From Trichlorobacter lovleyi SZ (GTDB lineage Bacteria > Desulfobacterota > Desulfuromonadia > Geobacterales > Pseudopelobacteraceae): a stretch of 32,000 bases of DNA. The notes under the pieces were generated by a model. That model was not told where the DNA came from and did no database searches. It saw only the letters and a list, made by a program, of their open reading frames with translations. Position numbers and translations under genes: made by a program. Shown one piece after another: positions 8,406 to 17,510 of this stretch. The stretch lies in the NCBI RefSeq assembly GCF_000020385.1, contig NC_010814.1:2040001-2072000 (forward strand), in the 5' to 3' direction. Position 1 is the first letter of the stretch; every line of letters starts with the position of its first letter.

Positions 8406-9095
8406 TTATTGAATCTCTTCACTGCGCACCTCCCCGCTATCTGAAAGTTCGCCATGTTGCAAGCGAATGGTGCGGTAATGGGCATGTTCAATCAGGCGGC
8501 GATCATGGGTTGCAACAACCACTGTGGTGCCTCGAACATTGGCTTCTTTGAAGATATTCATAATCTGCATCTTGTTGGCATCGTCAAGATTACCGGTTGG
8601 TTCATCGGCCAACAAAATCTTGGGGTCATTTACAAGTGCTCTGGCCAGTGCAACCCGCTGTTGTTCTCCACCTGAAAGGCGCTGAGGCGTGAGATGGATC
8701 TTGTTCTCCATCCCCATCTGGCGCAGGATATGCATAACCCGCTTACCGATGTCGGCCGGGCTGCCCCCACCCTGTACCTCAAGGGTAATGGCAACATTTT
8801 CAAAGACAGTCCTGTTCTGGAGTAGTTTGAAGTCCTGGAAGACAACGCCGATGCTACGCCGTAGGAAAGGCAGTTGGGATGATGTCAAACGGCTGACATT
8901 CTGGCCATCAATCAACACTTGGCCGCGGGATGGAGTCAGAGCTCCATATATCAACCTTAAAAGGGAGGTTTTGCCGGCACCGGACGGACCGGTTAAAAAG
9001 ACAAATTCACCCTTTGCAACACTGAAGCTGATGTTTTGCAACGCTGTGGCGTCCTTTTGGTAAGCCAGAAAAACGTTATGAAACTGAATCATCAT
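8406..9095 (-). CDS. ftsE: Cell division ATP-binding protein FtsE
   Basis: Contains Walker A GPSGAGKTS, ABC signature LSGGEQQRVALARAL and Walker B ILLADEPTGNLD. The track start at 9101 is GTG. ATG 9095 or 9092 (MMIQF) is preferred. Confidence 0.93.
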   Translation of the reverse strand: MMIQFHNVFLAYQKDATALQNISFSVAKGEFVFLTGPSGAGKTSLLRLIYGALTPSRGQVLIDGQNVSRLTSSQLPFLRRSIGVVFQDFKLLQNRTVFENVAITLEVQGGGSPADIGKRVMHILRQMGMENKIHLTPQRLSGGEQQRVALARALVNDPKILLADEPTGNLDDANKMQIMNIFKEANVRGTTVVVATHDRRLIEHAHYRTIRLQHGELSDSGEVRSEEIQ

Positions 9096-9188
9096 AGTCA
9101 CCAGTGAGTAAGAGGATGTTCAGATTGTAATAGCACAGATGGGGGGTAATGGGAAAACTGAAAAACCGGCAAAACAGTAATCAGATCT

Positions 9189-9374
9189 TTATGCCAGACG
9201 TAAGGCCATCATCCATAGGGTTGCACACACAACAGACGTTGTTCCCCAGATTATGGCAGGTCTTGCCTGGAGAATACCCAAACGCGGAAAGGCTTTAAAC
9301 ATGCACAACAGGCTGCTGGCGACCCAGCACCAAAACATGCTAATGGCAATCACCGACCATAGTTCCGAGGTCAT
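9189..9374 (-). CDS. Small hydrophobic protein, 61 aa, two predicted TM helices, unknown function
   Basis: Its ATG overlaps the TGA of the upstream GT2 gene (ATGA), with AGGAGA 8 nt upstream. The sequence is MTSELWSVIAISMFWCWVASSLLCMF...IIWGTTSVVCATLWMMALRLA. I recognise no homology. Confidence 0.45.
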   Translation of the reverse strand: MTSELWSVIAISMFWCWVASSLLCMFKAFPRLGILQARPAIIWGTTSVVCATLWMMALRLA

Positions 9375-10099
9375 GTTTTCTGTCTCCTGTGTCCAAACAG
9401 ACTGCCCAGTTTCAACTTCCAGACCATCAGTACCGCTTCTCTCACGATCCGCTTTGACATCTTTGATTGACCTGCACGGCGATCAATAAAGATAATCGGC
9501 ACTTCGCAAATTTTTGCGCCAAGTTCGGCTGATCTGAAATGCATTTCAATCTGGAATGAATAACCGTCGGAACGTATTCGGTCAAGGTCAATCGATTCTA
9601 TCAGGCTTCGACGAAAACATTTAAAACCGCTGGTGCAGTCCATGATAGTCAGGCCGGTAATCAAACGGGTATACCAGTTAGCGCCATAACTGAGCATGAG
9701 CCGTCGTAATGGCCAGTTAACCACACTGATACCGTTTAAGTAACGTGAACCGATAACCAGATCATGGGTCTTGATCTGCTCAAGAAAGAGCGGCAGAACT
9801 GAGGGGTCATGGGAAAAATCTGCATCCATCTCAATCAGCAGATCAGCTCCCAGTTCCATGGCGCGGCGAAAGCCGTCACGATACGCAGACCCAAGTCCCA
9901 ATTTGGCCGGACGATGCAGCACGTTTATCCTGTCGTTTGATCGGGAGAGTTCTTCTGCAAGCTGGCCGGTACCATCAGGCGAGTTATCATCAACCACCAA
10001 GACCTGTAATGACGCGTCCTGTAACAGCACCTGTTCAATCAAGCGCTGCAGATTGTCCTGCTCATTGTAGGTCGGTATGACAACAAAGGCCTTGCACAT
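9371..10099 (-). CDS. Family 2 glycosyltransferase, polyprenol-phosphate mannose/glucose synthase (DPM1-like)
   Basis: Motifs VVIPTYNEQDNL, VVDDNSPDGT and EMDADFSHDP (DxD), followed by GSRY. ATG 10099 (MCKAFVVIP) is preferred. Track start 10126 is a GTG inside the upstream terminator. Confidence 0.88.
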   Translation of the reverse strand: MCKAFVVIPTYNEQDNLQRLIEQVLLQDASLQVLVVDDNSPDGTGQLAEELSRSNDRINVLHRPAKLGLGSAYRDGFRRAMELGADLLIEMDADFSHDPSVLPLFLEQIKTHDLVIGSRYLNGISVVNWPLRRLMLSYGANWYTRLITGLTIMDCTSGFKCFRRSLIESIDLDRIRSDGYSFQIEMHFRSAELGAKICEVPIIFIDRRAGQSKMSKRIVREAVLMVWKLKLGSLFGHRRQKT

Positions 10100-10124
10100 G
10101 TCGGGATATGTACCTCGTTTGTTC

Positions 10125-10161
10125 ACAAAAAGAAAGAGGGTGCCTGGAGAGCACCCTCTTT
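10125..10161 (-). terminator. Rho-independent terminator ending the hup/tRNA transcription unit
   Basis: An 11-bp GC-rich stem, AAAGAGGGTGC (10133-10143) with GCACCCTCTTT (10151-10161), and a 7-nt loop. On the minus strand it is followed by CTTTTTGTG. Confidence 0.75.
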
Positions 10162-10169
10162 CATACTAA

Positions 10170-10246
10170 TGGCGGGGTTGACGGGGCTCGAACCCGCGAC
10201 CTCCGGCGTGACAGGCCGGCACTCTAACCAACTGAGCTACAACCCC
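10170..10246 (-). tRNA. tRNA-Asp (anticodon GTC), copy 1, CCA encoded
   Basis: Reverse complement is GGGGTTGTAGCTCAGTTGGTTAGAGTGCCGGCCTGTCACGCCGGAGGTCGCGGGTTCGAGCCCCGTCAACCCCGCCA. The anticodon stem-loop is CCGGC-CTGTCAC-GCCGG. Confidence 0.95.
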
Positions 10247-10283
10247 AAATTGTTACCAGCGTCATACCGATTTGCTGATAAAA

Positions 10284-10307
10284 AAAGGAAAAGTTACCTT
10301 TTCCTTT
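10284..10307 (-). terminator. Weak AT-rich hairpin plus T-tract between tRNA-Val and tRNA-Asp copy 1 (terminator-like or processing signal)
   Basis: Minus strand reads AAAGGAAAAG-GTAA-CTTTTCCTTT followed by TTTTATC. The stem is 10 bp with only 3 GC pairs. Confidence 0.35.
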
Positions 10308-10316
10308 AGATTGTTA

Positions 10317-10392
10317 TGGTGGGTGAAGAGGGGATCGAACCCCCGACATCCAGCTTGTAAGGCTGGCGCTCTCCCAGCTGAGCTATTCACCC
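10317..10392 (-). tRNA. tRNA-Val (anticodon TAC), CCA encoded
   Basis: Reverse complement is GGGTGAATAGCTCAGCTGGGAGAGCGCCAGCCTTACAAGCTGGATGTCGGGGGTTCGATCCCCTCTTCACCCACCA. The anticodon stem-loop is CCAGC-CTTACAA-GCTGG. Confidence 0.95.
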
Positions 10393-10411
10393 AATACGAC
10401 TTCTTTTGAAA

Positions 10412-10488
10412 TGGCGGGGTTGACGGGGCTCGAACCCGCGACCTCCGGCGTGACAGGCCGGCACTCTAACCAACTGAGCTACAACCCC
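10412..10488 (-). tRNA. tRNA-Asp (anticodon GTC), copy 2, 77/77 identical to copy 1
   Basis: The same 77-nt sequence as 10170-10246. The flanks differ. Confidence 0.95.
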
Positions 10489-10523
10489 AAAAACTGTATC
10501 TGTTTAACGTGTAACCGGACTGC

Positions 10524-10802
10524 TTACTTACCGTTTACGGCTTCCTTCAGGGTTTTGCCAGGCTTGAACTTGGGCACAGTCGCAGCAGCAATAGTAATCT
10601 TTTTGCCGGTCTGTGGGTTCTGGCCTTTACGAGCAGCGCGCTTACTGGTGCTGAAGGTACCAAAGCCAACCAGGCTGAGCTTGTCACCTTGCTTGAGGCA
10701 GCCAGTCACAGCGGAGACAAATGCAGCTACAGCCTTCTCAGCCTCAACCTTCTTCAGACCAGCTTTTTCAGCAACGGCGGTAATCAGTTCAGCTTTCGTC
10801 AC
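10524..10802 (-). CDS. hup: DNA-binding protein HU, 92 aa
   Basis: MTKAELITAVAEKAGLKKVEAEKAV...LVGFGTFSTSKRAARKGQNPQTGKKITIAAATVPKFKPGKTLKEAV is a canonical HU sequence. GTG start with GGAGGTG 6 nt upstream. Confidence 0.93.
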   Translation of the reverse strand: MTKAELITAVAEKAGLKKVEAEKAVAAFVSAVTGCLKQGDKLSLVGFGTFSTSKRAARKGQNPQTGKKITIAAATVPKFKPGKTLKEAVNGK

Positions 10803-10850
10803 GTTACACCTCCATAAGAGATTGGTTAGGGAAGAATCAAAGAGAAGAAG

Positions 10851-10879
10851 TTTTTATCAATGCTGTTCAAAACTGTCAA
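10851..10879 (-). promoter_or_regulatory. Candidate sigma70 promoter for hup (and probably the downstream tRNAs)
   Basis: Minus strand reads AAAAAAAGTGC-TTGACA, a 17-nt spacer ending in TGA, then TAAAAA. There is an A-tract (UP-like) upstream. It lies about 45 nt upstream of the hup start and directly after the clpX stop. Confidence 0.5.
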
Positions 10880-10896
10880 GCACTTTTTTTCAGTAT

Positions 10897-12156
10897 TTAT
10901 GCGACCGCAGAGCTGGCTGACTGTTCGTAAACCAGCAAAGGACGTTCTTTGTGGTAGATCACATCCTCGCTGATAACGACTTCACGCACCGTATTCTGTG
11001 AGGGAATTTCATACATTATATCCAGCATGGCCCCTTCAAGAATAGCCCTCAGACCACGAGCGCCCGTATTACGTTTGAGAGCTTCCTTGGCAATGCTGAC
11101 CAGCGCTCCATCGGTGAAGCGCAAGCGTACTCCCTCCATATCAAACAATTTCTGATACTGTTTGGTGAGGGCGTTTTTGGGCTCGGTCAGAATTTGCACC
11201 AAGGCATCTTCATCCAGCTCTGTCAGACTGGCAAGCATCGGCAATCTGCCGATAAATTCAGGAATGTAGCCGTATTTAAGCAAGTCTTCCGGCGTTACTT
11301 GCAACAACAGCTCTCCGGCCTTTTTTTCCAGCTTTTTCTTGACATCTGCCCCGAAGCCCAGTGTCTTTTTGCCGATTCGTTGCTGGATGACGCCATCAAG
11401 ACCAGCAAAGGCACCGCCGCAGATAAAGAGTATATTGCTGGTGTCAACCTTGAGAAATTCCTGTTGAGGATGTTTGCGTCCACCTTTGGGAGGAATGCTG
11501 GCTACAGTACCCTCAATGATCTTCAGTAAGGCCTGTTGTACACCTTCGCCGGATACATCGCGGGTCAGTGAGGGGGATTCGGCTTTGCGGGCAATTTTGT
11601 CGATCTCGTCAATATAGACAATCCCCTTTTGCGCCCGTTCAACATCATAGTCAGCTGCCTGCAGCAGACTCAGAATGATATTCTCTACATCTTCACCGAC
11701 ATAGCCTGCCTCAGTCAGATTGGTGGCATCGGCAATGGCAAAAGGCACCTTCAACATCCGTGCCAGGGTCTGTGCCAACAGCGTCTTGCCTGATCCGGTT
11801 GGTCCAAGGATCAGGATGTTGCTCTTCTGCATTTCGACATCGCCCGGTTTGGCTGGACGTTCAATCCGCTTGTAATGGTTGTAGACCGCTACGGAGAGAA
11901 CCTTTTTGGCGGTTTCCTGGCCAATGACGTATTCATCAAGAAACTCTTTAATTTCTTTAGGTTTTGGTAGTTTGGTAACATCCGGGCCCAGGGCGTCTTC
12001 CATCCTGATTTCTTCGGCAATGATGTCATTGCAGAGCTCAATACACTCATCGCAGATATAGACTGCCGGGCCGGCAATCAGTTTTTTTACCTCATCCTGG
12101 CTTTTGCCACAAAACGAGCAGGTAAGATGATGTTGTGATGTGTCTCTTCGACTCAC
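10897..12156 (-). CDS. clpX: ATP-dependent Clp protease ATP-binding subunit ClpX
   Basis: Zinc-binding N-domain [30 protein letters not shown], Walker A GPTGSGKT, Walker B VYIDEIDK and IGF-type loop GFGA. The start is GTG 12156 (SD GGAGGTGA 8 nt upstream) or GTG 12165. Confidence 0.95.
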   Translation of the reverse strand: MSRRDTSQHHLTCSFCGKSQDEVKKLIAGPAVYICDECIELCNDIIAEEIRMEDALGPDVTKLPKPKEIKEFLDEYVIGQETAKKVLSVAVYNHYKRIERPAKPGDVEMQKSNILILGPTGSGKTLLAQTLARMLKVPFAIADATNLTEAGYVGEDVENIILSLLQAADYDVERAQKGIVYIDEIDKIARKAESPSLTRDVSGEGVQQALLKIIEGTVASIPPKGGRKHPQQEFLKVDTSNILFICGGAFAGLDGVIQQRIGKKTLGFGADVKKKLEKKAGELLLQVTPEDLLKYGYIPEFIGRLPMLASLTELDEDALVQILTEPKNALTKQYQKLFDMEGVRLRFTDGALVSIAKEALKRNTGARGLRAILEGAMLDIMYEIPSQNTVREVVISEDVIYHKERPLLVYEQSASSAVA

Positions 12157-12157
12157 G

Positions 12158-12757
12158 TTAGTCACCTCCGTCTGGACGACGGGTCATGACGGCATCAATC
12201 AGGCCGTAGTTCCTGGCCTCTTCAGCAGACATGAAGAAGTCACGCTCCGTGTCCTGTTCTAGGCGCTCCACCGGTTGTCCGGAGAGATCAGCCAGCAAGC
12301 GGTTCAACTCCCGTTTCATGCGCAGGATTTCTTCTGCCTGGATCATGATATCGGTGGCCTGGCCACGCGATCCTCCCGAAGGCTGGTGAATCATGATACG
12401 GGCATGGGGCAGCGCAAAGCGCTTCCCTTTTTCTCCGGCAGTCAACAATACCGCCCCCATGGAGGCAGCCTGGCCGATGCAGATGGTTGAAACCGGGGCC
12501 TTGATATAGTTCATGGTGTCAAAGATAGCCATGCCTGCAGTCACCACACCACCTGGAGAGTTGATGTACAGATGGATATCCTTGTCCGGATCCTCTGCTT
12601 CAAGAAACAGCAACTGGGCGATCACCAGGTCTGCAACCTGATCATTGATTTCGCCCCCCAGAAAGACAATCCGCTCTTTCAGAAGTCGTGAATAGATGTC
12701 GTAGGCGCGCTCACCGCGTCCGCTCTGCTCAACCACCATCGGTACATACATGGACAT
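12158..12757 (-). CDS. clpP: ATP-dependent Clp protease proteolytic subunit ClpP
   Basis: [31 protein letters not shown]...[11 protein letters not shown] (catalytic Ser)...MIHQPSGG (His). ATG 12757 or 12751 lies after the tig stop. Track start 12787 overlaps tig. Confidence 0.95.
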   Translation of the reverse strand: MSMYVPMVVEQSGRGERAYDIYSRLLKERIVFLGGEINDQVADLVIAQLLFLEAEDPDKDIHLYINSPGGVVTAGMAIFDTMNYIKAPVSTICIGQAASMGAVLLTAGEKGKRFALPHARIMIHQPSGGSRGQATDIMIQAEEILRMKRELNRLLADLSGQPVERLEQDTERDFFMSAEEARNYGLIDAVMTRRPDGGD

Positions 12758-12764
12758 GAATCCT

Positions 12765-14087
12765 TTATTCTCCGGCAACCGGAGCATTCAATTCAGCAGC
12801 TTCAACTTCAGTGACTACCGCGTTTTCCAGTAGGAAGGCGATAGCTTTGTCTTCCTTGATTTCTGCCACCATTGAGTTGCGGGCATTGGCTTGTGCAGCA
12901 TAGAACTCCTTGATGCGGCTGAGCATATCTTCATTGCCTGCAGCGATCTGGGCATAACGGGCCTCAAGATCAGCCTCTTCAACGGCTATATTTTCCTGTT
13001 CAACCAGCGCCATCACCAGTAGACCGCCTTTGACTTTCTGGGCGGCCTCACCCCAGAAGCGCTGTCTGTAGCCGTCTTCATCAAGTCCCATCATTTCAAG
13101 GGACATGTTCTGGCCTTTCAGGCGGTTTTTAAGGTTCTCCAGCATAAAGTCGGTCTGGCGGCGTACCATGGAATCAGGCACTTCAAGCGGATTTTTTTCG
13201 ATCAGGGCATCAATGATCCGGGTTTTGAGGTCAGTCTTGATCCGCTCAAGTTCCTGTTGTTCACGCATCTCGGTCAGCTTGGTCCGCATATCGGCGATAG
13301 TCTCGAAATCACCGAACTGCTGGGCAAACTCATCATTCAGTTCAGGCAGTTCCTTCTTCTTGATTTCTTTCAGTGTTACCGTAAAGACTCCCGGTTTGCC
13401 GGCAAGTTCCTTATTAGGGTTGTCGTCAGGCATAGTAACCGTAATGTCTTTGGTCTCACCCAGCGCCATGCCGATCAGGCCTTCCTCCAGCCCAGGCAGC
13501 AGACGCCCGTTGCCGACCTCTACCGAGGCATCCTTGCCACTGGTCTCTTCCTCGGGATAACCGGGAACGGCAAAGGAAAAATCAACCGTCAGAACCATCC
13601 CTTTTTCAACGGTCCCTTCTTCGACCGGAGCCAGCTGGGCCATGTTCTCGCGCATCCGCTCGATTTCGCCCTCAACCGCCTTTTCGTCAGCAACGTAACG
13701 CTCTTTCTTGACCTGCAGACCTTTGTACTCGCCAAGCAGAATCTGCGGCATAATCTCGATCAAGGCAGAGTATTTGAAGGGAGTCCCCTCCTCTACCAAG
13801 GCAATATCATCGATCATCGGAGCATCAACCGGCTCGAGCTTGTGCTCATCCAGTGCCGGAAAAAGGGTCTGTTCATACAGACGGCGCATTACCTCATCCT
13901 GCATGGCATTGCGATAAAACTTTTTGACCATCTGCAACGGTGCCTTGCCCTTGCGGAAACCGGCAAGAGTGGCCTTTTTCTGAATACCGGCAAACGATTT
14001 TTCAATCTCGGTATTTACCCGCTCAGCCGGGACTTCGACACTTATTCTGCGCTTAACTGAACTGATCTCTTCTATCTTAACCTGCAT
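12765..14087 (-). CDS. tig: Trigger factor (ribosome-associated PPIase chaperone)
   Basis: [20 protein letters not shown]...[16 protein letters not shown] is the ribosome-binding GFRxGxxP motif. A central FKBP-like domain is present, and the tig-clpP-clpX synteny fits. ATG 14087 follows GAGGAA. Confidence 0.95.
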   Translation of the reverse strand: MQVKIEEISSVKRRISVEVPAERVNTEIEKSFAGIQKKATLAGFRKGKAPLQMVKKFYRNAMQDEVMRRLYEQTLFPALDEHKLEPVDAPMIDDIALVEEGTPFKYSALIEIMPQILLGEYKGLQVKKERYVADEKAVEGEIERMRENMAQLAPVEEGTVEKGMVLTVDFSFAVPGYPEEETSGKDASVEVGNGRLLPGLEEGLIGMALGETKDITVTMPDDNPNKELAGKPGVFTVTLKEIKKKELPELNDEFAQQFGDFETIADMRTKLTEMREQQELERIKTDLKTRIIDALIEKNPLEVPDSMVRRQTDFMLENLKNRLKGQNMSLEMMGLDEDGYRQRFWGEAAQKVKGGLLVMALVEQENIAVEEADLEARYAQIAAGNEDMLSRIKEFYAAQANARNSMVAEIKEDKAIAFLLENAVVTEVEAAELNAPVAGE

Positions 14088-14122
14088 CACTGTTCCTCGC
14101 TTGCGTGGGATGAAATATTAAA

Positions 14123-14207
14123 TGGTGCGAGAGAGGAGACTTGAACTCCTATACCTTGCGGTGCCAGATCCTAAGTCTGGTGCGTCTGCCAATTCCGCCA
14201 CTCTCGC
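14123..14207 (-). tRNA. tRNA-Leu (anticodon TAG), long variable arm, CCA encoded
   Basis: Reverse complement is GCGAGAGTGGCGGAATTGGCAGACGCACCAGACTTAGGATCTGGCACCGCAAGGTATAGGAGTTCAAGTCTCCTCTCTCGCACCA. The anticodon stem-loop is CCAGA-CTTAGGA-TCTGG. Confidence 0.93.
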
Positions 14208-14261
14208 AGTATTTGGAATTGGTTAAATTAGGTCAATTACCTTGTTTCGTCAAGGTAATTT

Positions 14262-17200
14262 CTAAAACAATTCCATTTGAGCCTCTGATTCTACTGGGGC
14301 TCTGCGGCGTTGCCTGCCTGCTTCCGGTTTGTCCACCAGCTCTGCGGGCAGCTCAGTAATAAAGCGTGAAAGCTCGCGCAAGCCCTGCCCCATCCAGCCT
14401 CTATAACCTGATGCGGTCAGGATGACACGTTGCTTTGCCCGTGTCAGACCGACGTAAAAGAGCCGGCGCTCTTCCTCCACATTGGGGGTCCCCATCAAGG
14501 TGCAAGGAAAGATCCCCTCTTCAAGGCCGGTCATGAAGATGACCGGGAATTCAAGCCCTTTTGAACTGTGGCAGGACATCAGTGCAACCGCTTCGGCCCG
14601 CGGGTCATAAACCGTTGCCGAGGCATACTGCTTGAGGTGGTGACTGAAGGCGGAGAGATCCGTCCCGAACCCCTCTGCCATCTGCAGGAGTCGGTCCGCA
14701 TCATCAAGTTCCAGGCCAAAGACGGGCAAGGAGATACGCAGGGCAGCTGCGACGCCCTGGTCAGCTGCTGATTTTTGCAACCTGTCAAGGGTGGTTGCCA
14801 GCAGTTTGAGGGCCTTGCCTGTTGCTGGGGTATGATCATGTTCAGCCGCCAGTTCAAAAAAATCTCCCCTCAGCGGCAGTTCAGACTCAAGCCGATCAAG
14901 GGTGGTTGTCCCCACCCCCTTCAGAGCCCCAAAAAGACTTAGCCAGAGGGCTATTTCATCGCTGCCGCTTGCTGCCTGCAACAGCTGATACAGGGGGCGA
15001 AGCTTGGACTCCATATAAAAGGGAGTTGCTCCTACCAGTTGATACGGTATACCACGACGAGTGAGCGCCTCAGCAAGTTCTTCGGCCTGACGACCCAGAC
15101 GAAACAGAACGGCAAAATCGGCAAAGCTCAGGTTGTCAGGCGACGGTGTGTTGCCACTTCGGCCAGTACTGCGGGAAAAACTGTCAACACCACCGATCAG
15201 CTCCTCAATTCGTCTGACAATCAGTTCTGCTTCAGCTCCCGGAGAGAGGGCCCGGTGGAATTCAATTGCTCCGTCCGGACAATTGTCGGCAGCCGAAAGA
15301 GGCAAGCCGCTGCAGATCAGGTTGCGACAGATCAGACTGCCGGCAGCCTGCACGATTTTTCTGGGCAGACGATAGGTGGTCCTGAGCGGCAACAAAACCG
15401 TGTCCGGCACCTCGGCAAAACGGAAGAAGTAGCGCAGATCTCCCCCCCTGAAACCATAAATGGCCTGATCCGGGTCGCCGATGGCAAAGACCGTAGCCTG
15501 TTCCGCCAGTAGTTGCACCAGGTCGTATTGGGATCGGTTCAGGTCCTGGAATTCATCCACAAAAAGGTGCTGCACAGCCTGTTGCACCCGTTGTTTGAAT
15601 GATTCGTCGGCATTCATGAGCTGGACACAGACCGGAATAATGGCATCCAGATCAAGGGCGTTCAGGCGCACCAGTTCATCCACATAGAGCTTGGTCTCTT
15701 CTGTCAGGGCCACCTGAATGCCGGAACAATGGGCTGAGATGGCATTGGATATCCTGCTGCGCTCAGCAACTCCTCGCTCGGCATAAAGGCGCTTCAGCAA
15801 CCGCTGGCGACTTTCCGGCCCAACCACGGTCAGACCTGGATTGTCCTGGCGCAACTGTTCCAGGCAGAAGCGGTGAAAGGTGCCGATAAAAAGGTCCTCT
15901 GCCGTTGCCCCGCAACTCTTTGCAAGTCGTTCCCGCATCTCTTCAGCAGTGCGGGTTGTAAACGTGATTGCAACAACACGACCGGGATCTGCGCCTTGAT
16001 CAAGCAAACGCTGCAGGCGCGATACCAAGGTAAAGGTCTTGCCGGTGCCGGGCCCGGCAGCCACCAGCACGCGCTGTCCATCGTTCTGAATGGCTGCCTG
16101 CTGCTCAGGGTTCGGACCGGTTACCTTGGCTGGAACCCGCTGGTTGTCAGTTGTGGGTGGAGACGCGAGTTGTTTTGGCAACGGGCCTGACAGCGGCTTT
16201 TTGCGGCTTCTGGGAACACGTTGATCACCGAACAGCCCCCCCTGCCCTGCCAATTGAGCCAACTCGCCTTGTTCAAAGACCCGGATGACACCAAATTCGC
16301 CGTCATAGCCAGGGTGACGGATTACGGTGCCTTCACGCATCCGTTTGACCGCTTCAGCCAGAAGCGGCTCAAAACTCCTGATCTGTTCCAGTTCTGCATG
16401 TAACAACAGATTAAATTCAGACCCGAAGTGAGCCAATGCCCGGCCATACTGATGGACGACCTGTTTGGAGGACGGGCCAACCTGGAGCAGCTCTCCCAGC
16501 AGTTCCGGCAGCGGAATCAAGGAGTAAAACACGGGTGCATCATCGCGATACTGTGGCTTTGCACGATCTGCCAGTTCCAGCACCCGATGATGCACCCCGA
16601 CGGTAACCGGTTTACCACAGGCTGGACAGAGGTTATGCAAACGGCGGGTTTCATGGGGATCAAGGCAGACCTTACAGTCCCGGTGACCATCAAAGTGGTA
16701 TTTGCCCTCTTCAGGAAAGAATTCAACCGTTCCACAAAAGCTGTCGCGTTGGTTCTTTTTCAAGGCATCGCGCAGGGAGAAAAAATCAAGGCCGGTGTTG
16801 AACAGATTGGCTTCGCGCCCCAGCTTTGAGGGAGAATGACAGTCTGAATTAGAGATCAGGGCACAGTGATCCAGCCCCGAGATCAGGCGGTTCATGTCAG
16901 GATCTGAGGAAAGCCCGGTCTCCAGGGCGAAGATATGGCTGCTCAGGTCGCCAAAACACTCTTCAATGCTGTCAAAACCTGATTTTGAACCAAACAGGGA
17001 AAACCAGGGAGTCCAGATATGGGCTGGCACCAGAAAGGCATCTGGTGAACATTCCAGCATGATCTCCAGCAGGTCGCGGCTGTCCAGCCCCAGGATCGGC
17101 CGACCATCCGATGCAATATTACCAATCCCGGCTAGTTTGGCGTTCAGGCGCTCAACCGAGGCAAAATCAGGCAGATATAGCAGGTTATGGATCTTGCGGG

Positions 17201-17510
17201 TTGCCCCGCCCCGTTTGTAGATGGAGCTTATCTCGGCAGACAGCAGAAAGCGGATCGGGGTGTCAGGTTGCATCACACCAGGCAGGATATCAGGAATGGT
17301 TTTTTCATCTTTCAAGCGGTAAAAACCTGGTTCAGCAGGCTCCAGCTGCTCTTTCAACAGCTTGAACCAACCGGGATGGGTACAGTCACCGGTGCCGATG
17401 ACCTGAATCCCCTTCAGGCGAGCCCAGGCGGCCAGTCCAGCCGGACTGCTGTCCGGGCTGGTGGCCCGTGAAAAGGGGGAATGGATATGCAGGTCAGCAA
17501 TATAGTTCAT
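14262..17510 (-). CDS. Fusion protein, 1082 aa: N-terminal EndoQ-like PHP-domain endonuclease with a Zn finger (about aa 1-415), a Pro/basic linker, and a C-terminal UvrD/PcrA-type SF1 DNA helicase (about aa 470-1082)
   Basis: N-terminal half: ADLHIHSPFS, GTGDCTHPGW, DGRP, VPAHIWTPW, ETGLSSDPDM, SNSDCHSPSKLGREAN, EEGKYHFDGHRDC, CPACGKPVTVGVHHRVLELAD, GYDGEFGVIRVF. Helicase half: AAGPGTGKT (motif I, about 16035-16055), AITFTTRTAEEM (Ia), FVDEFQDLN (II), GDPDQAIYGFRG (III), TYRLPRKI (IV), CHSSKGLEFPVIFMTG (V), RRLFYVGLTRAKQRVIL (VI). It is a single uninterrupted frame with an ATG start. Confidence 0.85.
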   Translation of the reverse strand: MNYIADLHIHSPFSRATSPDSSPAGLAAWARLKGIQVIGTGDCTHPGWFKLLKEQLEPAEPGFYRLKDEKTIPDILPGVMQPDTPIRFLLSAEISSIYKRGGATRKIHNLLYLPDFASVERLNAKLAGIGNIASDGRPILGLDSRDLLEIMLECSPDAFLVPAHIWTPWFSLFGSKSGFDSIEECFGDLSSHIFALETGLSSDPDMNRLISGLDHCALISNSDCHSPSKLGREANLFNTGLDFFSLRDALKKNQRDSFCGTVEFFPEEGKYHFDGHRDCKVCLDPHETRRLHNLCPACGKPVTVGVHHRVLELADRAKPQYRDDAPVFYSLIPLPELLGELLQVGPSSKQVVHQYGRALAHFGSEFNLLLHAELEQIRSFEPLLAEAVKRMREGTVIRHPGYDGEFGVIRVFEQGELAQLAGQGGLFGDQRVPRSRKKPLSGPLPKQLASPPTTDNQRVPAKVTGPNPEQQAAIQNDGQRVLVAAGPGTGKTFTLVSRLQRLLDQGADPGRVVAITFTTRTAEEMRERLAKSCGATAEDLFIGTFHRFCLEQLRQDNPGLTVVGPESRQRLLKRLYAERGVAERSRISNAISAHCSGIQVALTEETKLYVDELVRLNALDLDAIIPVCVQLMNADESFKQRVQQAVQHLFVDEFQDLNRSQYDLVQLLAEQATVFAIGDPDQAIYGFRGGDLRYFFRFAEVPDTVLLPLRTTYRLPRKIVQAAGSLICRNLICSGLPLSAADNCPDGAIEFHRALSPGAEAELIVRRIEELIGGVDSFSRSTGRSGNTPSPDNLSFADFAVLFRLGRQAEELAEALTRRGIPYQLVGATPFYMESKLRPLYQLLQAASGSDEIALWLSLFGALKGVGTTTLDRLESELPLRGDFFELAAEHDHTPATGKALKLLATTLDRLQKSAADQGVAAALRISLPVFGLELDDADRLLQMAEGFGTDLSAFSHHLKQYASATVYDPRAEAVALMSCHSSKGLEFPVIFMTGLEEGIFPCTLMGTPNVEEERRLFYVGLTRAKQRVILTASGYRGWMGQGLRELSRFITELPAELVDKPEAGRQRRRAPVESEAQMELF

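Noticed and set aside
10411-10920. A 169-aa plus-strand ORF spanning the tRNA-Asp copy and the hup antisense strand.
   Set aside because: It starts inside a tRNA gene and runs antisense through hup and its promoter, so it is spurious.
14123-14261. The tRNA-Leu locus, and the tRNA-Asp duplication, considered as an integration hotspot or att-site remnant.
   Set aside because: There is no integrase, no partial tRNA 3'-end repeat and no foreign-looking gene nearby. The duplicated 77 nt is a complete tRNA, not an att fragment. The 10-bp inverted repeat AATTACCTTG/CAAGGTAATT at 14236-14261 abuts the helicase gene stop (14262) and looks like a simple 3' hairpin.
14262-17510. Reading the nuclease-plus-UvrD-like helicase protein as a phage-defence gene (Gabija GajB-like, or another helicase-nuclease defence system).
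   Set aside because: The surroundings are purely housekeeping (glyA, tRNA-Leu, tig). The gene is translationally coupled to MutT. There are no neighbouring mobile, methylase, OLD-nuclease or other defence genes. The nuclease half matches a base-damage repair family rather than defence nucleases. The idea cannot be fully excluded without comparative data.
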